From Vicinamibacterales bacterium (GTDB lineage Bacteria > Acidobacteriota > Vicinamibacteria > Vicinamibacterales > UBA2999): DNA of 64,000 nt. Below the pieces are notes generated by a model that saw only the letters and a list, made by a program, of their open reading frames with translations, did no database searches and was not told the origin of the DNA. The stretch is taken from NCBI GenBank assembly GCA_035492455.1, contig DATJJE010000050.1:3134-67133 (forward strand). Direction: 5' to 3'. Below are positions 36,407 through 43,505 of this stretch, piece after piece. Position 1 is the first letter of the stretch. Each line of letters opens with the position of its first letter. Position numbers and translations under genes: made by a program.

Positions 36407-36535
36407 CGCCGACGGGGTTAGCTGACGGGCTAGGGGTTGGAAGTCCCCCTCCGCCTTGCCGCAGTGCGGCTTCAGCGAGATGCGCCCCACTTTCTGCTGG
36501 GTCCCCCGTGTCGCCCGGTTCGGTACCGGACGCCT
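36407..36535 (-). promoter_or_regulatory. c-di-AMP riboswitch (ydaO-yuaA class), kup leader
   Basis: Minus-strand RNA: AGGCGUCCGGUACCGAACCGGGCGACACGGGGGACCCAGCAGAAAGUGGGGCGCAUCUCGCUGAAGCCGCACUGCGGCAAGGCGGAGGGGGACUUCCAACCCCUAGCCCGUCAGCUAACCCCGUCGGCG. It contains the hallmark blocks ACGGGGGACCCA, GGGGnnCAUC and CCCGUCAGCUAACCnCGU..GCG. Confidence 0.85.
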
Positions 36536-36547
36536 TAGGCTTTGTAC

Positions 36548-36553
36548 ATTATG
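36548..36553 (-). promoter_or_regulatory. Candidate -10 box (CATAAT) for the kup riboswitch transcript
   Basis: CATAAT on the minus strand overlaps the kimA-like stop codon, about 12 nt upstream of the aptamer 5' end. The equivalent position in the other copy carries TATAAT. No convincing -35. Confidence 0.3.
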
Positions 36554-38453
36554 CGCCGGTTTGGTCGGACGCGCAGCGCAGTGCGTGCTCCTCACCGGCC
36601 GCTGGCGCGACAGCACGGCCGAGATGGTAGGGCACGCTGGTCACGACGATGTTCGGCTTGAACAGCAACGCTCCCTTGATCAGCAACGCATGCTGGTTGT
36701 GGAGCAGGTGTTGCCAGAGCCGCTTCGGCACGAACTCCGGAAGGATGACGGTGACATATGCCGCGGCGTCCGCTTCGTGCAGTTCCTCGATGTATTCGAG
36801 CAGCGGCTCCATGAGCGATCGGAAGGGAGACTCGAGTACGACGAGCTCGACCCCTTGTCCCCATTCGCTCCACTGTCGCCGCAGCGCCTCGGTAGCCGTC
36901 GGATCGAGCTCGACATACACGGCGCGCACATCCGGTGACAGCGCCCGCGCGTAGCGCAGCGCCTTCACCACGGCGCGCTGCAAGCCGCCAATCGGCACGA
37001 TCACGACGTGGCGGCTGGCTGGTTCGGGCTGCCATCCGCGCAGCGTCAGCTCCGCGGCGACATGGTCGTAATGTCGGCGCGTGACCTCGAAGATCGTGAC
37101 CAGCACCGGAATCATGACGATGATGATCCACGCGCCTTCCGCCGCCTTTGTCATTGCCACGATGACCAGCACCACGCCCGTGACGATTGCGCCGAACCCG
37201 TTGATCGCCGCGCTGCTGCGCCATCCAGGTTCGCGCAGTCGGCGCCAATGCAACACCATCCCCGCTTGCGACAGCGTGAACGACACGAATACACCGATCA
37301 TGTAAAGCGGAATCAGGGCGTGGGTGTCGCCGCCGAAGACGATGAGTAGCACCGATGCCAGGATGCTGAGAATAACGATGCCGTTGGAGAAGGCGAGGCG
37401 ATCACCCTGGTTCATGAACTGCCTCGGCAGAAAGCGGTCGCGCGCCATGATCGACGCCAACCGCGGGAAGTCCGCGTAGGCGGTGTTCGCCGCGAGCACG
37501 AGGATCGCCATCGTCCCCGCCTGTACCGCGAAGTACGGCCAGCCGCGTCCGCCGAACGTGGCGCGTGCAATTTGCGAGACGACGGTCTCGGCATCGTTCG
37601 GCACGATGGCGTAAGCGTGCGAGAGCAGCGTAATACCGATGAACATGGTGATTGACATGCACGCCATGGCGACGAGCGTGCCCGCCGCGTTCTTGCTCTC
37701 CGGCGGCCGGAACGCCGGCACACCGTTCGATACGGCCTCGACACCAGTCAGCGCGGTGCAGCCGTTCGAAAATGCCGTGAGCAACACAAAGACCGGCAGC
37801 ATCGTCGTTCCAGGTGGCAGCGGATGTTCGAGTGGCGGCACCGCGTGCAGCGAGCCGCTGAAATACCGCCACGCGCCCACCGCGATCATCGTGAGAATGC
37901 TGACGATAAAGAAGTAGGTGGGTCCGGCGAAGAGGCGACCCGACTCGCGGACGCCGCGCAGGTTGCCGAGCATGAGAACAACGACAAAGCCGAGACACAC
38001 CGCGACCGCGTGGGGTTGGTATTGCGGGAACGCCGACGTGATCGCGGCGACGCCGGCGGCGATGCTGACGGACACCGTCAGGATATAGTCGATTAGCAGC
38101 GACGCCGCGGCAACGAGCGATGGCAACCGTCCGAGATTGTCTTTGGCGACGATATACGCCCCGCCTCCACTCGGATAGGCGTGGATCGTCTGCCGGTACG
38201 AAAAGACGACGACGATCATCACCGTGGCGATGATGGCGCCAATCGGCGTGACGAGGCTCATCGAGACGAGGCCGCCGATCGTTAGCACGCGCAGGATTTC
38301 TTCCGTCGCGTACGCTACGGATGACAGCGCGTCTGACGAGAGCACCGCCAGTCCCGTGATCTTCGAAAAGCGTTCGTGGTGAGCGAGACGAGAGGGAATG
38401 GGCGCGCCGACAATCAGGCGCTTGACCTGCCCGAGGAATGACTCGGCGGACAC
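36549..38453 (-). CDS. kimA: KimA-type (APC superfamily) K+/H+ symporter with C-terminal cytoplasmic domain
   Basis: N-terminus KRLIVGAPIPS ... KITGLAVLSSDALSSVAYATEEIL ... YPSGGGAYIVAKDNLG ... LLIDYILTVSVSIAAG matches my recollection of B. subtilis KimA (YdaO). The track start TTG 38465 overlaps the Shine-Dalgarno. GTG 38453 lies 5 nt after GGAGG. Confidence 0.8.
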   Translation of the reverse strand: MSAESFLGQVKRLIVGAPIPSRLAHHERFSKITGLAVLSSDALSSVAYATEEILRVLTIGGLVSMSLVTPIGAIIATVMIVVVFSYRQTIHAYPSGGGAYIVAKDNLGRLPSLVAAASLLIDYILTVSVSIAAGVAAITSAFPQYQPHAVAVCLGFVVVLMLGNLRGVRESGRLFAGPTYFFIVSILTMIAVGAWRYFSGSLHAVPPLEHPLPPGTTMLPVFVLLTAFSNGCTALTGVEAVSNGVPAFRPPESKNAAGTLVAMACMSITMFIGITLLSHAYAIVPNDAETVVSQIARATFGGRGWPYFAVQAGTMAILVLAANTAYADFPRLASIMARDRFLPRQFMNQGDRLAFSNGIVILSILASVLLIVFGGDTHALIPLYMIGVFVSFTLSQAGMVLHWRRLREPGWRSSAAINGFGAIVTGVVLVIVAMTKAAEGAWIIIVMIPVLVTIFEVTRRHYDHVAAELTLRGWQPEPASRHVVIVPIGGLQRAVVKALRYARALSPDVRAVYVELDPTATEALRRQWSEWGQGVELVVLESPFRSLMEPLLEYIEELHEADAAAYVTVILPEFVPKRLWQHLLHNQHALLIKGALLFKPNIVVTSVPYHLGRAVAPAAGEEHALRCASDQTGA

Positions 38454-38466
38454 GATGGCCTCCAAA

Positions 38467-38590
38467 CGCCGACGGGGTTAGCTGACGGGCTAGGGGTTGG
38501 AAGTCCCCCTCCGCCTTCGCCGCTTTCGCGGCTTCGGCGAGATGAGCCCCAGTGAAGTTGGGTCCCCCGTATCGCCTCTAACGAGGCGAA
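38467..38590 (-). promoter_or_regulatory. c-di-AMP riboswitch (ydaO-yuaA class), kimA leader
   Basis: Minus-strand RNA: UUCGCCUCGUUAGAGGCGAUACGGGGGACCCAACUUCACUGGGGCUCAUCUCGCCGAAGCCGCGAAAGCGGCGAAGGCGGAGGGGGACUUCCAACCCCUAGCCCGUCAGCUAACCCCGUCGGCG. Same conserved blocks as the kup copy. Confidence 0.85.
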
Positions 38591-38603
38591 TTAGGCAATC
38601 TCG

Positions 38604-38609
38604 ATTATA
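38604..38609 (-). promoter_or_regulatory. Candidate -10 box (TATAAT) for the kimA riboswitch transcript
   Basis: A perfect TATAAT on the minus strand overlaps the dedA stop codon, about 13 nt upstream of the aptamer 5' end. No convincing -35. Confidence 0.35.
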
Positions 38610-39222
38610 CGCTTCGGGAACGAAGCCAGCCGATCAGTGCCGGCAGCAGAGAAATCGCAATCACGACCATGACGACTACGTCGATCCTCTTGTCGATGCC
38701 GGGGATGACGTTCCCCAGCAGGTAGCCGCCAAGCGTCATGCTTGCAATCCAGAGGATCGCGCCGACGATGTTGTAGGTGGCGAAATGTCTGTAGCCCATC
38801 TCCGCCACGCCGGCGACGACGGGCGCAAACGTGCGGAGGATCGGCGCGAACTGCGCGATGATGATCGTCTTCCCGCCGTGGCGCTCGTAATAGTCGTGCG
38901 TCATCTGCAGATGCTCGCGTCGGAAGAGTAGCGAATCCGGTCGACTGTAGAGCGCCTTGCCGGCGCGTTTCCCGATCTGATAGCCCGTCGCGTTGCCGAG
39001 AATCGCCGCCGGGATGAGCGTCACAATCAACAAGGGCAAATTCAAATCACCACGCGCGGCGAAGAGTCCGGCCGTGATCAGCAGCGAGTCGCCAGGAAGA
39101 AAGAAGCCTGCGAGCAGCCCGGTCTCGGCAAAGATGATGAACGGGATCCCGTACTGCCCGACAAAGCGGATCAGTTCCGGGACGTTGTAGACGGTATGGA
39201 AAAAATCCTGCAGAAGATTCAC
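38605..39222 (-). CDS. DedA-family membrane protein
   Basis: 205-aa ORF with FAETGLLAGFFLPGDSLLITAG ... GKTIIIAQFAPILRTFAPVVAG. ATGA overlap with the upstream stop. Confidence 0.85.
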   Translation of the reverse strand: MNLLQDFFHTVYNVPELIRFVGQYGIPFIIFAETGLLAGFFLPGDSLLITAGLFAARGDLNLPLLIVTLIPAAILGNATGYQIGKRAGKALYSRPDSLLFRREHLQMTHDYYERHGGKTIIIAQFAPILRTFAPVVAGVAEMGYRHFATYNIVGAILWIASMTLGGYLLGNVIPGIDKRIDVVVMVVIAISLLPALIGWLRSRSV

Positions 39223-40379
39223 GAGATGCGGGCGAGCGCCTGTTCGAGATCTTCCTTTAAATCATCCACGTCTTCGATGCCGACCGAGACGCGAACGAGA
39301 TCGTCGGTCACGCCGATGCGCTGACGTAACTCGGCTGGAACGGAGGCGTGCGTCATGGTTGCTGGATGGCTGATAAGCGTCTCGACGCCGCCTAGACTTT
39401 CCGCCAGGGCCATCAGCCTCACATTGTTCAAGAGCGTGCGCGCGTTGTCGAGCGAGCCGAGCGCGAAGGAGATCAGTCCCCCGAAGCCGCGCATCTGCTT
39501 CTTCGCCAGCGCATGCTGTGGATGCAATGACAGGCCGGGGTAATTGACCTTCCTGACCTTTGCATGCGAGGCGAGATACTCGGCCAGTACCATCGCGTTC
39601 GCATTGTGCCGCTCCATCCGGATGGGCAGCGTCTTCGTGCCGCGCAGCACCAGCCATGCATCCATCGGGCCGATGATCGCCCCCTCGGCATTCTGCACGA
39701 ACCGCAGCCACTCGATGTGATCGTCACGCGTGGCGATGACGACGCCGCCGACGCTGTCACTGTGACCGTTGAGGAACTTCGTCGTGCTGTGGACCACGAG
39801 GTCGGCGCCGAACTCAATCGGCCGCTGCACGTACGGGCTGGCGAACGTGTTGTCCACCGCGACAGCAACGCCGCGCTTGTGCGCGACGTCGCACGCGGCA
39901 GCAAGGTCGGTCAGGCGAAGCGTCGGATTGGTCGGTGTTTCGAGAAAGAGCAGCTTCGTATTCGGCCGGATCGCCGCTGCGATGTCATCTGTGTTCGAGG
40001 AATCGACATAGCTGAAGTCGAGCTGATATTTCCGCAGCACGCGCTCAAACAGCCGATACGTGCCGCCGTAGGTGTTGTCAGTGACGACGACGTGGTCGCC
40101 GGCCTGCAGGAGCGTCATGATGGCGCCCTCGGCAGCCATTCCTGACGCAAACGCAAACGCCGCTCTGCCCTTCTCCATCGCGGCAACGTTCGCCTCGAGC
40201 GCCGCGCGCGTCGGGTTCTGCGTGCGCGCGTACTCGTACCCTTTGTGCTTGCCGAGCGCGTCCTGCACGTAGGTCGATGTCTGGTAAATGGGCGTGATGA
40301 TGGCGCCTGTCGCAGGATCGGGAACCTGGCCGGCGTGGATGCAAATCGTGCTGAATCTGGCCGTTTCGCGCAGCTTCAC
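39219..40379 (-). CDS. Cys/Met-metabolism PLP enzyme (cystathionine gamma-synthase/gamma-lyase/beta-lyase family)
   Basis: 386-aa ORF with a GTG start. Contains YARTQNPTR, HSTTKFLNGHSD (PLP lysine) and ESLGGVETLISHPATMTHA. Confidence 0.85.
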   Translation of the reverse strand: MKLRETARFSTICIHAGQVPDPATGAIITPIYQTSTYVQDALGKHKGYEYARTQNPTRAALEANVAAMEKGRAAFAFASGMAAEGAIMTLLQAGDHVVVTDNTYGGTYRLFERVLRKYQLDFSYVDSSNTDDIAAAIRPNTKLLFLETPTNPTLRLTDLAAACDVAHKRGVAVAVDNTFASPYVQRPIEFGADLVVHSTTKFLNGHSDSVGGVVIATRDDHIEWLRFVQNAEGAIIGPMDAWLVLRGTKTLPIRMERHNANAMVLAEYLASHAKVRKVNYPGLSLHPQHALAKKQMRGFGGLISFALGSLDNARTLLNNVRLMALAESLGGVETLISHPATMTHASVPAELRQRIGVTDDLVRVSVGIEDVDDLKEDLEQALARIS

Positions 40380-40396
40380 GAGACGAGGGTACTACA

Positions 40397-40464
40397 GGGC
40401 CGCCTGAAGCCAGTCCCTGCGTACGGACAAGAGCGCGTAGGGGCCGGCTTCAGCCGGCCCCACG
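40397..40464. repeat. REP-like GC-rich palindromic elements (two inverted copies)
   Basis: 40436-40464 is cgtaGGGGCCGGC-ttca-GCCGGCCCCacg. A degenerate inverted copy, gggccgcctgaagccagtccc, lies at 40397-40417. The same core recurs at 44715..44740. Confidence 0.6.
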
Positions 40465-40476
40465 TACACTGTTGCC

Positions 40477-42432
40477 GTGGGATTTCTGTGGCGCGTCCGG
40501 CGCAAGCTGACGCTCTCCTACGTCTTCATCGGGTTCGTGCCCGTCCTGCTGCTCGCCTCCTTCTTCCTGCTGTGCGGACTCCTGCTGTTTTTCAACGTCA
40601 GCTCGTATCTCGTGCAGTCGCGCGTCAATGCGCTGGTCGACGAGACTCGATTTCTCGCCGAGGCGACGGCCATCGAGCTGGCGCAGGCAACCGACGATCC
40701 GACGTTTGACGAGGTGCTGACACGGCGACAGGAAGCCGCCTCCGCGCGCTATCACGGCGCGTCGCTCGTGGTCGTGCCGACTTACCGTGTGTGCGGCCCA
40801 ATCAACGCGACGCCCGGCCGTACGGTGAGCCGTCCGCTCGCCAGCGGCGCATGGGCGCACCTCGAGGCGCCAGGCAGCCTGCCGCTCTGGGTATCGTGCG
40901 AGGGGTTTGCGGGACTCATCGCCTATCAGGCGCCGCCGATGGGCGCGGCTGCCGCTCGGGAAAGTCCGCTGTGGCGCACGCACCTCGCCGTTCGCGCAGT
41001 GGCGCTTCCGGCCGAAGCGATTGCGCGCTACGCCGTCATCGTCGACGTGCCCGTGACTGCGGCCACAGGACTGCAGATTCAGAACGAGACCGGCATCGAG
41101 CTTGGCGACATTTCCACGCTCGGCATGACGGCCACTGACGTCGTCCCCGTAACTGGCCACGCGATTGAAGAAGATCCGACGGCTCCAGTCCCGAGCGAGC
41201 GGGTGAAGTGGATGACGTTCCTCGATTACGTCGATTGGGCCACAGGCCGCACCGGAAACGTCGTCATCGCCATCGGACTGAATGTCACGGACATCTACGG
41301 CCGCATCTCCGCGACGCCGCTGACGCAGATCGGCAACTTCAGCTTCGGGCAGCTGCTGCTCATCATGCTGATGGTTGTCGCGGCGTTGTTCATCGTCATC
41401 CAGACGGTCGCGTACGTGATGGGTCTGAAGCTGGCGCGCTCGATTACGGGGGCCGTGCACGAGCTCGCAAGCGGGACCGAGCACGTGAAGCGCGGCGACT
41501 TTTCGCATCGGATTTCCGTCAGCAGCCACGATCAGCTCGGCGACCTCGCGGACTCGTTCAATTCGATGACCGCCAGCGTCGAGGAGCTCCTGCAGCAGAA
41601 GGCGGAGAAGGAGCGACTCGAGCAGGAGCTCCGCATCGCGCGACAGATCCAGATGTCGCTGCTGCCGCAAGGGCCGCTGAAGCTCGATGGCCTGTCGGTG
41701 ACGGCGCATTGCGAGCCGGCGCGGGAGGTCGGAGGGGACTACTACGACTACTTCACACTGGGCGAGCGCCGCATCGGCATCATCATCGCCGACGTGGCGG
41801 GCAAGGGCACATCAGCCGCCCTCTATATGGCGGAGCTGAAAGGACTGATGCTGTCGCTCAGCCAGCTGCATGCGTCGCCGCGCGAGCTGCTGATCCGCGC
41901 GAACCGCATCATCGCGCAGCATCTCGATGCGCGCAGTTTCATCACGATGACGTACGCCGTTGTCGATCTGTGCGCGCGAACGTTCACGTATGCGAGGGCG
42001 GGTCATTGCCCGTTGATCTATCTACCGGGGCCAGGGGCCGCAGGGCAGCAGGCGGAGGGCGGGGCAGACAGAACGAAAGAGGGCAGGAGGGTGCAGGTTC
42101 AGGTGCCTGACGGGTTGGTGCTTGGATTGAAGATCGATAGCGGCGAGCGATTCGACAGTCTTCTCGAGCAGGTCACGATTCCGCTCGGCATCGGCGACGT
42201 CATCCTGCTGTTTACTGACGGCGTGACGGAAGCGATGAACGCGGCAGGGGAGCCGTTTGGTGAAGAGCGCCTCGCCGCTCTGGTGGGAGAACACGGCGAC
42301 CTGCCGTTCGAAGAGCTGCGCGAACGCATCCTGCGCGAAATCAGGGTATTCATCGGCAAGACCGCTCTGCAGGACGATCTGACGCTGGTTGTCCTGAAGC
42401 TGGACGAGGTCGCTGCGCCTGTCCATTTGTGA
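40477..42432 (+). CDS. Membrane-anchored HAMP-domain PP2C/SpoIIE-family serine phosphatase
   Basis: 651-aa ORF with two TM segments flanking a ~270-aa extracytoplasmic region. HAMP region (FSHRISVSSHDQLGDLADSFNSM). PP2C-like ARQIQMSLLP, GGDYYDY, IADVAGKGTSAALYMAELKG and LLFTDGVTEA. Confidence 0.85.
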   Translation: MGFLWRVRRKLTLSYVFIGFVPVLLLASFFLLCGLLLFFNVSSYLVQSRVNALVDETRFLAEATAIELAQATDDPTFDEVLTRRQEAASARYHGASLVVVPTYRVCGPINATPGRTVSRPLASGAWAHLEAPGSLPLWVSCEGFAGLIAYQAPPMGAAAARESPLWRTHLAVRAVALPAEAIARYAVIVDVPVTAATGLQIQNETGIELGDISTLGMTATDVVPVTGHAIEEDPTAPVPSERVKWMTFLDYVDWATGRTGNVVIAIGLNVTDIYGRISATPLTQIGNFSFGQLLLIMLMVVAALFIVIQTVAYVMGLKLARSITGAVHELASGTEHVKRGDFSHRISVSSHDQLGDLADSFNSMTASVEELLQQKAEKERLEQELRIARQIQMSLLPQGPLKLDGLSVTAHCEPAREVGGDYYDYFTLGERRIGIIIADVAGKGTSAALYMAELKGLMLSLSQLHASPRELLIRANRIIAQHLDARSFITMTYAVVDLCARTFTYARAGHCPLIYLPGPGAAGQQAEGGADRTKEGRRVQVQVPDGLVLGLKIDSGERFDSLLEQVTIPLGIGDVILLFTDGVTEAMNAAGEPFGEERLAALVGEHGDLPFEELRERILREIRVFIGKTALQDDLTLVVLKLDEVAAPVHL

Positions 42433-42461
42433 TGTGTGATTCGCGCTTTGTGATTTCAAAA

Positions 42462-42490
42462 CCTCGTGTTCTTCGCGTCCTTCGTGGTTT
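42462..42490. repeat. Degenerate 9-mer array (CTTCGTGG family) upstream of rnc
   Basis: cctcgtgtt cttcgcgtc cttcgtggt tt. The terminal CCTTCGTGGTTT is identical to the end of the array at 48092..48120. Confidence 0.6.
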
Positions 42491-42516
42491 CATAATCACC
42501 AATTCCTAATCCACAA

Positions 42517-43446
42517 ATGCCGCCGGTCATCGTCTTTTCCACCACGTCCGACATCGAAGCGAGCGTCGTTCTGGCGCTGCTCGACAGCCAGGGCATCGCG
42601 GGCTTCCGCATCTCCGGCAACCCACAGGCGATTCTGCCGATGTCGATGAGTCCGCTCGGCGAGATCCGTATCGCCGTCCCCGAGGATGCGGCCGACGACG
42701 CCATTCGGATTATCGACAGCCATCGCGAGGACGTCGGCGCGCGCGTCGTACGGATTCGCGACGAGTTCGATGATCTGGAGACACGCATCGAGTACAGGTT
42801 CCGGGATCGCGGCCTGCTCGAGCACGCGCTGACGCACAAGTCGCGCGCAGCCGAGGACATCTCCGGAGGCGTGGCTGATAACGAGTCGCTGGAGTTCCTC
42901 GGCGACGCGGTGCTCGGTCTCATCGTCGCGGAAGCCCTCTTCCGCCAGTATCCGAGCTACAACGAAGGGCAGAAATCGAAAATCAAGGCGTCTATCGTGT
43001 CGACGCAGGCGTTGGCGCGCCATGCGGAGAACATCCGGCTCGGCGATCACCTGATCCTCGGCCGCGGCGAAGAGAAAACCGGCGGCCGCTTCAAACAGGC
43101 GCTGCTCGCCGATGCCTACGAAGCGCTGATCGCCGCCATTTACCTCGATGGCGGGCTCGAGGCCGCCGACGCGTTCCTGCGGCGCGAGCTGAAGGAAGGC
43201 ATCGACGCCGGCGCGACGCGCGACTTCGTTGGCCGCGATTACAAGTCAGCGCTGCAGGAGCGCGTGCAGGCGCTCGGACGGCCGCTGCCGGAATACCGCA
43301 TCGCGGGCGAGACCGGCCCCGACCACCAGAAGATCTTCAGCATTGAAGTTGTCGTGGGCGGGGAAGTGCTGGGCGCGGCCAGTGGGAAGGCCAAGAAGGA
43401 AGCGGAGCAAGAGGCGGCGCGGCTTGCTCTGGAAAGATTGGCGTAA
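42517..43446 (+). CDS. rnc: Ribonuclease III with ~85-aa N-terminal extra domain
   Basis: RNase III signature NESLEFLGDAVLG, ADAYEALIAAIYLDGG, and a C-terminal dsRBD (DYKSALQERVQ ... GKAKKEAEQEAARLAL). The N-terminal 85 aa (VIVFSTTSDIEASVVLALLDSQGI ... IRIAVPEDAADDAIRII) resemble a DUF2007-type small domain. Confidence 0.9.
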   Translation: MPPVIVFSTTSDIEASVVLALLDSQGIAGFRISGNPQAILPMSMSPLGEIRIAVPEDAADDAIRIIDSHREDVGARVVRIRDEFDDLETRIEYRFRDRGLLEHALTHKSRAAEDISGGVADNESLEFLGDAVLGLIVAEALFRQYPSYNEGQKSKIKASIVSTQALARHAENIRLGDHLILGRGEEKTGGRFKQALLADAYEALIAAIYLDGGLEAADAFLRRELKEGIDAGATRDFVGRDYKSALQERVQALGRPLPEYRIAGETGPDHQKIFSIEVVVGGEVLGAASGKAKKEAEQEAARLALERLA

Positions 43447-43474
43447 TTGAAAATGCAGAACGCAAGATTCAAAC
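43444..43474. repeat. AT-rich 31-nt element (copy of the element at 50134..50164)
   Basis: taattgaaaatgcagaacgcaagattcaaac versus taattcaaaatgcaaagtgcaaagttcaaac: 25 of 31 positions identical by hand alignment. Confidence 0.6.
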
Positions 43475-43505
43475 AATACGTGTACGCACAACCGGGGTGA
43501 ACGAC

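Noticed and set aside
36407-38517. 51-nt perfect direct repeat, considered as a mobile-element terminus or CRISPR-like repeat
   Set aside because: There are only two copies. Both are the 3' halves of ydaO-class riboswitch aptamers in equivalent leader positions. No spacers, transposase or target duplications are present.
40380-40476. Possible SAM/Met-type riboswitch upstream of the cystathionine lyase/synthase-family gene
   Set aside because: The 97-nt leader is mostly occupied by REP-like palindromes, and I could not recognise any SAM-I/II/SAH core motifs.
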